A DNA stretch of 64,000 bases from a virus: IMG/VR virus record IMGVR_UViG_3300022879_000002, positions 32,001-96,000 of that record; one strand, given 5' to 3'. Below, in pieces: positions 8,282 to 19,769 of the stretch (position 1 is the first letter of the stretch; every line of letters begins with the position of its first letter). The notes below the pieces were generated by a model. It saw only the letters and a list, made by a program, of their open reading frames with translations, did not search any database and was not told the origin of the DNA. A program made the position numbers and the translations under genes.

Positions 8282-10679
8282 ATTTTATTAATTACTTTTA
8301 TAAAATGTTCCTTTTATCTAACCTTTTAACATTAACTCAATCTCAATCAATTCCAATTGAACCTTTTTATTCTCGAGAAGAATGTATCAAACTTTGTCTC
8401 TAAAGCTTAAGTGTTTTCTTCTCTTCTTTAATAATATTTTGTATTTGTTATATTAAACATAGAATTAACTTTTGTAGTCCAAGAAGTTTAGTAAATCTTG
8501 TTGTGTGCGATTTGTAGGTATAACAACCGATATTGATTCTTTGATCAGGAAATTGATTGCTTCTAATTTTTCCTTATCTATGCCTATTAAGTGTACATTA
8601 CCATCAATCTCGATTAACAAACTCAATTGAGCGTCTTGAATGTCTATTCTCATTATTCCACCTTCTTGTTAATGGTTAATTATTATGTTACTAAAAATGA
8701 ATATTAATAAATCCAATTTTTATCATTCTACATACGTCCATATTTCTATATTTAAACAGCTTATATTTGTCCGATGAGATAAATGCTCCAAAGGTAATCC
8801 TAATTTCTTTATTATTCTTTGTCCATATGCTAATTTGTATGCTATTCATCCCCTCTCTATAATACTTACCTTTTATTTGATATTAGATCTTATTCATTCT
8901 AAACCAGTCGTGTGAATACCATTCTAATTTCCCCAAATCATTCTCTACTAACACTTCTCCGTAAGCTTGTTCTTTGACAATATATTTCTTATTTCGAGTT
9001 AAATTATGATTATTGTCATAACCGAAAACTTCATCTCCTGCTAAAACTTTCATAACATATACTCCATTTTCCTTTTTACATAAACTTGTCATACTACATC
9101 CTCCCAACGAGTTTTCATTATGTATTTAATAATATTTAGTTTTTATTAAACCTTAACATTACCTTTAAACCATTGAGACTCTTTAAATTCAACTTTGATT
9201 TCTTCAATAATTTCACTATGATTACAGGCAACTTCTTTCATTGTTAATCCATCAAAGTATGAAAGAAATTTAACCTTATCTTGATACGCTTTACAATTGT
9301 TTAGATTACCATTACATTTGCATTTGTCTTTATTAATAAAACCTTCTCCTTTTTCTTTCCCATAACAAAATTTTGAATTCACAACAAACTCAGCAAGCTT
9401 TTCAGTAATTCTAGTCATGTCAAATCCACTCCAATATTTATGTATTTGTGCAATAATTTAATGCTTCACTTTCAAACTCAAAATTTTGTTCTTTATCGCA
9501 CTTTGGGCATCTGATTCTATATTTTTTTATAAAATCTATATCTATTCCAGTATAGAATTCCTTATAAAACCTTCCTAAATAAGTCCATTTATGTATGCAT
9601 TCAGCTTGTCTTAATTCCTTTTCACGTTGAATTTCTCTTAATTCTCGTCTGTGTGAAAATTCACTTATCCATTTGAACACCGAACCATCTCCAGTTGTTT
9701 CAATTGATCCTTTAATCCAATATAATCATTTATTGCAAATAGTAAATTATCTAATTCTCTTTTAGAGTGTCGATTTGACAACTTACCATTTAAACGCACA
9801 CTCAGCTCATGCACTACCGTATACCTCTTTTCGTTAATAGATTCCTATTATTTAATCCTTTATACGTCTAATACGCCCCATTACATGTCCTTTGGAGGTC
9901 TTTATATAGCAATTCTCCCAACTATACTTACCTTCTCTATTTTTATATCTAATTGAATCCATCCCATATGACTGAGAAACAAACTCTATATACTTTCTTG
10001 GCTTAACGTCTAACACTAAATCTTTTCTTGAATTTAATTTCAATACTTTATAAATCGAACTGTTCTCAAATTCATCTACAACTTCTACATTGAACAAAGT
10101 AATCTTCCTTTCATTAATATATCTCTTTTATTTAAAAGTTACTTTTTCTCCTCGATTAATCATTTTAGTTAATAATAGTTCATCAATTAGTATCAAAACT
10201 CGTTTTAATTCCTCAGCATTAAACATACGTACATTTATTGATTTAACGGAAACATTTCCATCATAATCTTCCTCTTTCGTCAAAGGATTAAAATACAACA
10301 TTGGATTTGCTATACGCTTATAACCTACTGACCAGAGAGAGTTGTTATGTATCGTAATGCTTAGATCTAAATTTGCTATTTTATTACAGAATTCTAGATA
10401 TGTCATTTATAATTCTCCTTTATAATTTCTCCTCAGTTAAATTTCTAATAACTTCATATGTAATTATTTAATCAATTCAAAGGCATCATACTCTCCAGAA
10501 TAAACTCTATATGGTCGATTTAACTTGTTACTAAACAGTTCAACATATCCGCCCTCTCCATTATCTTCAGAAGAAACTAGATGTACAATTTCTCCATTTT
10601 CAAATGCCTTACCCCCAAAATAAATTTCATTTACATCTACAATTTTTGCTTTAATCATATAAAACTTCTCCCTTCTATC

Positions 10680-11021
10680 TTATAGTTTTTCTTCAGTTAA
10701 ATTGTCAATAACTTCGTATGTATTTTTTAACATACATAGTCTACTCACATAGTACATTCCATTTCGCCAGTCCACATAATACTCTCCATTTGCATACTGG
10801 ATAACCCCTGTACCTAACCTATGTTTGATGATATCGTTTATAAATACTTGCTTTCCATTTTTATCAATTTCACCAATAAAAGATTCAGGTTTTCCAACCA
10901 TGATCACTCCATCACCATCTCCATCGCCTATATACCACCAAATCGAAGAATCTTTTCCATCTTGTATAAATGCTGTTCCATAAATCCAATCTCCACCATC
11001 ATAAGCTCTATGTATTTGCAT
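10680..11021 (-). CDS. YopX family protein
   Basis: HRAYD...WIYG...GEIDKNGKQVFINDII...YEVIDN pattern. Confidence 0.75.
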   Translation of the reverse strand: MQIHRAYDGGDWIYGTAFIQDGKDSSIWWYIGDGDGDGVIMVGKPESFIGEIDKNGKQVFINDIIKHRLGTGVIQYANGEYYVDWRNGMYYVSRLCMLKNTYEVIDNLTEEKL

Positions 11022-12149
11022 TAAATATCCTCCTTATTATTTTCAATTGCCCTTTATACTTTTCTAAAATTATTAATAGAGAAGTAACCTATAAGATTAT
11101 CATTTTCTTTATCCGTGTTTGCATATAACTGAAACTCTCTATTCGTGTTGTCAACATTAAACGCATATCCAACAAACTCACCATCAGAAACAATTTGACC
11201 TTCTTTAATATCATTTTTAAGTCGATAATGGTTAGTTAAAATACTGACAATTACAAGTTCTCTACTTGGAGAATATTGCTTATATATTTGACGCATTTCT
11301 TCAATACCTAAATCTTTATGATGTTTGCTAATTTTATCATTAGAAACTAACCACTCTATAATTGTCGATACGCTGAATTGTTTCTTTCTTAACTCTCTAG
11401 ACCATTCAATAATTTTAACCTGTTCTTCTAACAAAACTGGTAATACATTTAAATCTTCCATCTTTACTTCCTCCTAATTTCTCAATAATACATCTGTTTT
11501 ATGTAATTATTTATTAAAATTTAATACCGTAATCTCCTATTTCTCCTTGCGGAACATTTAATAACGTAGTGACTCTTCTTGTAAAATCTCTATTGAAGTT
11601 ATCGTATTCGTACCACTTTAATTTATTGATAAAAGAAAAAGAAATATTTAAATTAAACTCATTTATCATTTCTTTTAATAATTCGTTATATCCATACGAT
11701 TCTTCCAATACAGCATAAAACGTCCAATATGTTATTTGGTGTTTAGGATTGTACAATGAAATTAACATATTCTGAAATTCTTTGGCGAAAGAGTACTCAA
11801 TGACGCTCACTTCTTTTGTGAAATCCATTACAAATACATCTCCTTTTCTTTTATAATAGACGGCTTTTATATAATTTCTATATCTTATCTAAGTAATACT
11901 GAAACAAGACACTACCATACATACCCATACCAAGCTTTCTACCGTATTCAAATATTTCTTCATCGTTAGGATTATTATATTTAAATTTATATACCTTTTT
12001 ACACTCATCCATATTTGAAAGTAATAATTTATCAAGTCTTTCAAAAAGATCACAAATTAGTTTATATCCTTTATCTGGATGCATTTTGAAAGCGTGTAGA
12101 GTTACACCTACATAATTACTATGCAACATTTCATCTTGTCTCCTATGTA

Positions 12150-12710
12150 TTAAATTTGAATTCCTAAAACATCATTTAATCCATCAAAATTCTTATCATC
12201 TAAATATTTGTTAATTAAATTCTCTTTATTGTAGTTCATCATTTCTGTAATCAATTTATTTGTTTCAGGTTTGAATTTATCTGGAATACCATACTCCCAC
12301 TTTCTTGACTCTTGTGTTTCTAAATCAAACTTCTCTGTATTTACCTCAATAATTATCAGATCTAAATTGTAGCCTTGTCTTTTCATTTCATTATGTATTA
12401 TCGGATTAATAAACTCATATGTATTAGAAATTTCAAAGAACTGTCTCAACGACAATCTTACAAACTTATTACCACTTTGAAAAACAAAAGTATCAGAAGG
12501 ATTTTCTAGTTGCTGCGTGTTGAGATTTATTATTATTTCTTTATCTTCTGTAGGGATGAAATGATAAATTAAACTATCTCTCAAGATTGATAAATATTGA
12601 TGTGCAAATACAATTCTTAATTTATCTCCAGTTACCTTTGTATAAAATGGTTTCATATATTGAACTTGCATAATCTCATCTCCCTTTGTTTTATAAAATG
12701 CGACTATCAT
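12150..12710 (-). CDS. Host-like protein with C-terminal IDEAL-like domain
   Basis: PFYTKVTGDKLRIVFAHQY N-terminus and LINKYLDDKNFDGLNDVL tail. Confidence 0.55.
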   Translation of the reverse strand: MIVAFYKTKGDEIMQVQYMKPFYTKVTGDKLRIVFAHQYLSILRDSLIYHFIPTEDKEIIINLNTQQLENPSDTFVFQSGNKFVRLSLRQFFEISNTYEFINPIIHNEMKRQGYNLDLIIIEVNTEKFDLETQESRKWEYGIPDKFKPETNKLITEMMNYNKENLINKYLDDKNFDGLNDVLGIQI

Positions 12711-13324
12711 TTAATATCTGTAAAACTGTAGTTCTCAGGTAAATGAATTTGAAAATTATATTTACCTTGTTGATAATGAGGTAGATCTTTTGTTAATTCT
12801 TGATATGTAATATAAGGCGTATCACCTTTGACCAAATCAAAGTTTGGAGTTGTTTTTACTGTCTCTGTGATTCCATTACCATTTAATTTATATGATATAG
12901 TCATAGTTGTTAGTAAGTTGCTGTTTATTGATCCTGTACCAAAGATAAAGTTTCCTGATACTTCTGCTTCCGAATCAATCTTAATGTAAAATATTTCAGC
13001 TTTAGTCATTGGTAAAGTACTAATATAAGGATCACCATATTTAGATTTATATTCTGCAATTTCGTTATTGTTCTTTTCACTTGCTATAGAATACTTTGAA
13101 GCTGCATTGATTACTGGTAAAATTATAACCATTATACTAATTAAAAAACCAAGTCCAACTGCACCAAAGGAATCAAGTTTTTCTTCTATCCATAGACAAA
13201 TTATACTCAAAACAATAAACAATCCGATATATAATATATACTGCCACCAAGTAAAACTTGCCCAAAAATGACCTTCATGTAATCCTAAACCATTTCCTAT
13301 CTTAACAATTTCTTCGTAGTTCAT
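12707..13324 (-). CDS. Membrane protein (two N-terminal TM helices)
   Basis: Hydrophobic segments YILYIGLFIVLSIICLWI and GLGFLISIMVIILPVI. Confidence 0.65.
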   Translation of the reverse strand: MNYEEIVKIGNGLGLHEGHFWASFTWWQYILYIGLFIVLSIICLWIEEKLDSFGAVGLGFLISIMVIILPVINAASKYSIASEKNNNEIAEYKSKYGDPYISTLPMTKAEIFYIKIDSEAEVSGNFIFGTGSINSNLLTTMTISYKLNGNGITETVKTTPNFDLVKGDTPYITYQELTKDLPHYQQGKYNFQIHLPENYSFTDIK

Positions 13325-15888
13325 TAAAATCCTCCTTTACATTTTATGTATTTTGTTTCATAAAATGAAATTATTATTTAAATTTCACTAACTCAATAAT
13401 CCTAGCAAACGCTACAGTATACCCATGTTCAAGAATATATTCTTTTCTACGATCGTCATAATAAAATTTCTTCTTAATTAACCAGTCTACTGCATCCTGT
13501 TTGTTGTCAAAAAGATAATGTTTTCTAGAATTGAACAAGTCCCTATCAGACCAGTCTTCTTTCAAGGCAATGTAATACATCGGTGTTCCTCCATAATAGT
13601 AATTTATGATTATATCAGTGTTAAAATCATATCTTTAGCTTTATCATCTAATATAAATTGTAAGTTCAATCCTTCATGTGGACTATGAGTTATTCCATAT
13701 TTACCATTATTCGTTTTATATAAATCAATATCTTGCATTCCAAATGAAAAGTACTCAATATTCGTCTTATCTTCAAATACATTTTTAATTTTTTCTTCAA
13801 ACTTCGAACCACTTATTTCAATTTCATGGTAGTCAGCAAAAATACTATCTTTATTTGGAACTCTCAACTTGATTAAATATTGATCACTAAACTTATTAAT
13901 ACTTTTATAGATATTGTGTATCTCAACATTTTCGTAATTTTTCCATGTACTCATTATTAAATTCCCTCTTTCCTTATTTCATAAAAGCGTTCTTTTATTT
14001 AACAATGATTTCAATATCTTTACCATCTAAAAATTTAATTGTCTTAATTTCAGAAATATCTTCAACTCTATTTTTTAATTCTCCATTCCATCCTTCGTGC
14101 AACATATTGTTACCTCTCCATACAAATACATAATAGTCTTTTTCTATACGTTTTAAAAATGATATTAATCTCATAATCATTCATCATCCTTTAATTCATG
14201 TACTGGAAATCCACGTTTAATAAACTCTTTATTTTCTTCTAATTTACTTGAATAACATAAATCTCGATAAATTTTAAGCATGTCTTTTCGTGTTAAGCTC
14301 GTCTTGAAATACTTATTGAATCGGTCAAGTAACCTATTCGCATGGTTTAACTCTAATCCTTTACCGATTGGTCTACACATCGACATTAAAACTTTAGCTT
14401 TTACATCATCCATGCTTTCACAGTTAATAATGCTTGTATATGTATTTGTTAAATTATCAATAATGATTTCTCCTGCAAAATTTATAAAGTCACATCTGAA
14501 TTCTTGTATAAATTTAAATACTTCATTCATGTTTAAGTTATCTGAGATTTTATATTCTAATCTATGTTCCATGCCTATTTTCTCCTTTAATATCGCTATT
14601 ATTTAACAAATACCATTCCATTCTTCGAATTTCTTTTTGCTGTCAGTATCATTTTTATTTAACATATATGCGTATGACTCTTCATATGCTAAAACAGTAT
14701 TTTTAGAAGCTAATATGTAATCATAGAATTCTGGACTATTAGATTTAAATGTTTTTGAATACAGAGTTATTGTTTTATTTGAGAATAATCTTCTTTCAAC
14801 CTTATAAATATAGACATCTATAATTGAGTAACTATTGTCTATACCATCTATCAATTTCTCTATTTTAACTAAATACTTATTTCCTTTACCGCTAATCACA
14901 GGGAACTTTTTCATACTTTGTCAACCACCTACCCTTCAATCAAATCGTTATATTATATTATTTAATATAATTTTCTCACTAACCTCATGAATTTCATAAA
15001 ATCGGACTCCCCTTGAGAACCCCATTTAAAATCATGTAGTAATTGATTATTAGTTTTGTCTAAATAGTTTTCTAGTTCTAATTTGTCATGAATCTTATTA
15101 TTCTTTTCGATTATTTTGTATTCGTCATCATATAAAACTAACTCTGTTTCTGTCATCAACACATTGTCATCGCAAGCACCCATATCAGACTGACGCATAT
15201 CTACGGTGTGAATATCACCTATTTGCGCTCTGCCTACAACTTCTTTTATGATTTCAATTACATCTCCTGAGTATGCTTTCTCATTCATTTATATGACCTC
15301 CTATTTTGATAAAATCAACTTTTTATTCAATTTCTTTATAATAGAACACCCAATAAGGATATCCATTTGAGACATTACAACCTTCTACAATTGCTGTTAA
15401 TTTGATTTTCATATCCATGTACAACGATAAGAACTTCTCAATATCTTCTGGTTTACGATTATCAAAATATTGACCTTTGTTATTCCAAACTTTCAAACAG
15501 CATTTGTTATACTTTTCACTATCCCATGAATATAGTCGATCAGAATAAACTGTTTCAGATTCTCCTTTTTTATAATCGCCTATCCAAAATACAAATTCAT
15601 CGTAGCTGTATGGGTAATCGAACTTAGAACGATTTACAAGATTACCATTTAAATCTCTAAAGGAATGAAAGTATGTAACCATCTGTTATGCCTCCTTTCA
15701 TAAAATCGAATTATTATTTAAATAACTACTTCTTTAATATGATTTTCGTAAATCTCCTTAAAGTCTTCCTCTGTAGGTAATTGACTTAATGCTTCCATTA
15801 TTTCTTTTTTAAAATCTTCTAAATCAGACTTTTTCAATGCCTCGTCTTTCATACTCCACCATTCCTTTTCAGTAAATACGAATATTAT

Positions 15889-16353
15889 TTAATCTTCTCC
15901 CCATTGAGAAACACCAACTAAAAATGCTCTGGCTCTTAAGATTTCACTATTGTATTTCTCTTCATTAAAGTCTTCATCTGAAAAAACATCAAAAATTATT
16001 TCCTCAGCATCAACTATATAATCAGGAGAAAGGCTATTTAATACCTTATATTGATTTGGTTCTCCTTTTAAATTGTAATCATCCACTTTTAATAAATTTT
16101 TTGGAACATTTAAAGTAAAAATTACACCCTCAGTTTCAATCATAGGAAATTCAATTTCACCCGCATCTAATGATTTTTTCTCTTCATATAGTAATCCACC
16201 TGTCCAAATAAAAGCATATTCTTTTGCCTTTTCATAGTCTGTAGTAACATATACATGTTTTCTATGCCGTTGTGCAACTAACCCTTCTTGCTCAATTTTT
16301 TCCCAATAATGAGAAGATGTACCGTGATATACAGTAATCATTTCCATACACAT
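15889..16353 (-). CDS. ART-fold protein (Tpt1/KptA-like NAD-binding domain)
   Basis: VYHGTS...IEQEGL...HVYVTTDYEKAKEYA motif pattern. Confidence 0.65.
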   Translation of the reverse strand: MCMEMITVYHGTSSHYWEKIEQEGLVAQRHRKHVYVTTDYEKAKEYAFIWTGGLLYEEKKSLDAGEIEFPMIETEGVIFTLNVPKNLLKVDDYNLKGEPNQYKVLNSLSPDYIVDAEEIIFDVFSDEDFNEEKYNSEILRARAFLVGVSQWGED

Positions 16354-16392
16354 ACCCTCCTAGAATTTAGTAATGTTTGATTTCTTATCCTA

Positions 16393-16438
16393 AGTATAAT
16401 TAAATAAATAAATAAAATCAAGTATTAATTATGTATTT
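16393..16438 (-). promoter_or_regulatory. sigmaA promoter with AAATACATAA motif
   Basis: Minus strand AAATACATAA-7-TTGATT-17-TATACT. Confidence 0.7.
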
Positions 16439-16483
16439 ATTTAATTAGTTCACAAAAAAGTGAATGAGATCATTAAACCTCTT

Positions 16484-16873
16484 TCACTTTTCATTTGTGA
16501 TTTCCCATATTCGTCTTAGTTTGTCTAAGTCTCTTTCATTTAAATTTAAAAGTTCATCATACCAAGTTTGTAATTTTTCATTACTAAACTTACGTTTCTT
16601 TATATGTTCTGACTTTATTTCTTCTGTTTCTATATAGCCTGCTTTAACCATGAGTTCTTCATAACCATAATTATAGGCTTCAGCAATCATTTTTAATGTT
16701 TCTGGAGACGGTTTTACGATACTTCCAGAGCGTTTATCAACACCTTTTTCAAGCGTGTCTAAATATGTATGACTAATTCCAATACGCTTACTAGCATCAC
16801 GTAATGATTCTTTACCTCTAAGCTCTTTTAATAAATTGCCTAATGTATTCAAATGAATACCTCCTGTAAACAT
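16484..16873 (-). CDS. XRE family HTH regulator
   Basis: LRGKESLRDASKRIGISHTYLDTLEKG HTH. Confidence 0.9.
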   Translation of the reverse strand: MFTGGIHLNTLGNLLKELRGKESLRDASKRIGISHTYLDTLEKGVDKRSGSIVKPSPETLKMIAEAYNYGYEELMVKAGYIETEEIKSEHIKKRKFSNEKLQTWYDELLNLNERDLDKLRRIWEITNEK

Positions 16874-17019
16874 GTGATTACAAATAGTGTATCAGAGAAT
16901 TTTATAAAAGGGAAATATTATCTAATACTATAATAAACCTCTTCAGGAAAATTTTAATAGATTATTATTTTTTATTTGATATACTTACAATGTAACTATT
17001 TACTAGGAGGATTTAGGTA

Positions 17020-17604
17020 ATGCACAGTAAGTTTTGGACTATATTCTTTTTAATTATCTTCTTTCCAATAGGTTTATTTTTAATGTGGCGTTACGGGCAT
17101 TTTAATAAACAAGTACGAGTATTAATATCAATATTTTTCTTAATCATTTTCTTACTTGCTTCCTGTATTGGTGGATCAAATACGGTAAAGGAAGAGGAGC
17201 TACTTAAGAAAGAGCAACAATTAGAAGAAAAAGAAAACAAATTGATTAAATTAGAAAATGATTTAAAAGTAAGAGAAAAAGGTATTGATCAGAAAATTAA
17301 AGATTATGAGAAGGAAATTGAAGAGCAAAAAAGTTTGGAAGAACAAAAGAAATTAGAAGAACAAGAAAATGAACGTAAAAAGCAAGAAGAAATAAAGCAA
17401 CAAGAAGAGCAAAAAAAGCTTGAAGAAGCACAAAAACAAGAAGCTTCTCAACAGACAACTACAACAACTGCACCTCAGCAAAGCTTAAATTTCAGAAATT
17501 GTAAAGAAGCTAGAGCAGCAGGTTATTCAAACATTAGAAGAGGAGAACCTGGTTACTCATCTAGACTTGATAGAGATGGTGATGGATTAGCTTGCGACAA
17601 ATAA
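17020..17604 (+). CDS. Membrane-anchored coiled-coil protein with C-terminal Excalibur Ca-binding domain
   Basis: Two TM segments, E/Q/K coil, NCKEARAAG...GEPGYSSRLDRDGDGLACD. Confidence 0.88.
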   Translation: MHSKFWTIFFLIIFFPIGLFLMWRYGHFNKQVRVLISIFFLIIFLLASCIGGSNTVKEEELLKKEQQLEEKENKLIKLENDLKVREKGIDQKIKDYEKEIEEQKSLEEQKKLEEQENERKKQEEIKQQEEQKKLEEAQKQEASQQTTTTTAPQQSLNFRNCKEARAAGYSNIRRGEPGYSSRLDRDGDGLACDK

Positions 17605-17610
17605 TAAAAG

Positions 17611-17640
17611 AAAGTCACTATTTTAAATGAGTGACTTTTT
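17611..17640. terminator. Bidirectional terminator
   Basis: AAAGTCACT...AGTGACTTT between convergent genes. Confidence 0.8.
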
Positions 17641-17652
17641 ATATACAGTAGA

Positions 17653-18558
17653 TTATAGAGTACTTTTTTCTGGAACTTTATCAAAATTAAACCCTTTAAA
17701 TGACACAATTCTTAATGATCCAGTATTAGTTTTTTCTAGGTATTGAACTTTACAATGTAAACTTGGTTCTACCCAAACAGTACCGCGTTCTACTTTAGTT
17801 GTTATTTGTTTTGCAATTTCTCTGAATGCTGTTTTTTCTTCAGGTTTAAATCCAAATTCTACACTTGCAACAGGTCTATATTTACCATTGGATGTTTGAG
17901 TACCAACAATCATGGTGAAAGGATTTTCTTTATATCCTAATATAACAACATCTATAAACTTAAAATGTTTGAACTTAAGCCAATCATGTGAACGATGGTT
18001 CGTTCTATATAAGGAGTTTCTTTGTTTGCCTACAATACCTTCCATGCCTTTTTCTTTTATTATCTCGAAGACATTACTCCCATTCCCTACAACTGAAGGT
18101 GTAATTAATAAATTATTTGACGGCTCAACTATCGAATTTAATATGTCTTTACGTTCTATCAATGGTTTATTCATAATATTTTTATCAGTAGCTAAAACAT
18201 CAAAAGCAATGAATGTTGCAGGATGCGTTAAAGTAGCATGATCAATCTTAACTTTATTTGAAAGCCTACCTCTATAATTAAAGTCATCAAATACTGATAC
18301 ACCATTTCTCAAAACAACGCCTTCACAATCAATAATTGCTGTATTTTCCTTAATCGACTGACCAATTGACTGCAGCTCAGGGAATTTAGAAGTAACATTA
18401 TTTCCATGACGTGTATATGCCTCTACTCTATTCCCTTCTTTATGCAAGAGGATGCGCCAACCATCCCATTTTATATCGTAAATCCATTCTGGATCATCTA
18501 TTATTTCATCATTGTTACCCATAGAGAGTAACATAGGTTTTATTGGAGTAAACAACAT
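17653..18558 (-). CDS. ATP-dependent DNA ligase (LigB/LigD ligase-domain type)
   Basis: KWDGWR adenylation motif, FDVL, EGIVGK, WLKFK, OB domain. Confidence 0.92.
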   Translation of the reverse strand: MLFTPIKPMLLSMGNNDEIIDDPEWIYDIKWDGWRILLHKEGNRVEAYTRHGNNVTSKFPELQSIGQSIKENTAIIDCEGVVLRNGVSVFDDFNYRGRLSNKVKIDHATLTHPATFIAFDVLATDKNIMNKPLIERKDILNSIVEPSNNLLITPSVVGNGSNVFEIIKEKGMEGIVGKQRNSLYRTNHRSHDWLKFKHFKFIDVVILGYKENPFTMIVGTQTSNGKYRPVASVEFGFKPEEKTAFREIAKQITTKVERGTVWVEPSLHCKVQYLEKTNTGSLRIVSFKGFNFDKVPEKSTL

Positions 18559-18634
18559 CTGTATCCCTCCCTATAAACCATTATCTCATGGTAAACAAGA
18601 CAAAAATACATGTAAATCAAGGGATTGGTGGTAA

Positions 18635-18988
18635 TTACAATTTCATTTTCTCTTTCATATGATCATTCAGCAGGTTTTCCACTTTTGATTTTAGTGCTTG
18701 ATTAGCATACCTTAACTCTACATCGTTTCCTGCTGTAGCAATCTGCACATCACTAAAGTTTTCATCTATCTTAGTCCATCCAACTATTCGTATTTTTTGC
18801 TGTGCAAGCTGTCGTTTCAGATTAAAACATTCATTGCGTAAATCCTTTAAGAATAAATCCATTAATGGGAGAAATACATTCTTCAACTTAAATTGTTCTG
18901 TCTTTAGATAATCAACTTGCAACGATTTAACAGCTAAGTCTAACAATAAATATTTATGTACAAGCTGTCGTTGCTCTGGATTAATCAT
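18635..18988 (-). CDS. Conserved hypothetical protein of YolD-ligase cassettes
   Basis: Overlaps the yolD-like stop; lies between yolD and ligase. Confidence 0.6.
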   Translation of the reverse strand: MINPEQRQLVHKYLLLDLAVKSLQVDYLKTEQFKLKNVFLPLMDLFLKDLRNECFNLKRQLAQQKIRIVGWTKIDENFSDVQIATAGNDVELRYANQALKSKVENLLNDHMKEKMKL

Positions 18989-19349
18989 CTATATTTACCA
19001 TCGATGCTTTTTGTATCTGATCAAATGTAATACGTTTGATTGAAATATCTATATCCAAGAGTAATTCCTTATGAAAAGCATTAATAGCAGTAATCATTCC
19101 TACAACATCATGTAATTTATTGTCACTCCACAAAGTTATTTTGACTTCTTCATGTAGTTTATAAGCTCTCTGTACTATTTGTTCAATCTCTTCCATTTCC
19201 CATTCAGTCAATTCACGTTTTTTATCATGAAATTGTTCCTGTTTCCATTTTCTAATTTCAACTAAATGCTCAGGTAGCATCATTGCTGTCCATTTCATAC
19301 TTCCACGGTCATTAAACATAATCTCACTCCTTACATAAAATAAGAACAT
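18981..19349 (-). CDS. YolD-like protein
   Basis: DRGSMKWTAMMLPEH signature; likely start MFNDRG. Confidence 0.9.
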   Translation of the reverse strand: MFLFYVRSEIMFNDRGSMKWTAMMLPEHLVEIRKWKQEQFHDKKRELTEWEMEEIEQIVQRAYKLHEEVKITLWSDNKLHDVVGMITAINAFHKELLLDIDISIKRITFDQIQKASMVNIDD

Positions 19350-19379
19350 TCGTTTTATTTATTATAGAACATTAGTTCT
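19343..19379. promoter_or_regulatory. Two LexA/DinR (Cheo) boxes
   Basis: AGAAC-ATTA-GTTCT (19366-19379) and AGAAC-ATTC-GTTTT (19343-19356) upstream of the yolD-like gene. Confidence 0.85.
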
Positions 19380-19430
19380 TATTTATGCAATAAAAAAGAT
19401 CAAATATATTCAATAAAAGATAACTATTAT

Positions 19431-19769
19431 TTAACGCTTCATCGAAATACTTGTACCTGCTTTTACATCTCCATCAATATTTCCGCAGCTAACTGAAGTT
19501 CCTGCTTTAACTGAACCTTTAATATTCTGACATGTGATAGATGTACCACTTTTAACATCACCTAATACATCACCTTTAATTGTAGCTGAAGAGCCTGTTT
19601 CTAATTTATTGATATTTCCATCTACAATAATATGCACATCTCCTGATAATTCACCTGTCTCAATTACATCCCCATCAACATATATTTTATTATTTATTAC
19701 TGAAATATTATTGCCTTTTACATTTACTGTCTTACCGTTAATTGTTACTGAATTAAATGATCTAAACAT
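19431..19769 (-). CDS. Beta-helix/bactofilin-like hypothetical protein
   Basis: Repeating GDVKSGTSITC/GSVKAGTSVSC/GDVKAGTSISM units. Confidence 0.55.
   Translation of the reverse strand: MFRSFNSVTINGKTVNVKGNNISVINNKIYVDGDVIETGELSGDVHIIVDGNINKLETGSSATIKGDVLGDVKSGTSITCQNIKGSVKAGTSVSCGNIDGDVKAGTSISMKR

Larger units (their letters stand above)
8465..15682 (-). other. Dense array of small co-oriented hypothetical genes (accessory region 1)
   Basis: About 22 ORFs of 60-205 aa, most with GGAG-type RBS, many separated by the 18-bp palindrome. Confidence 0.8.

Noticed and set aside
17200-17480. Tandem DNA repeat in the Excalibur gene
   Set aside because: Explained by low-complexity E/Q/K coiled-coil coding
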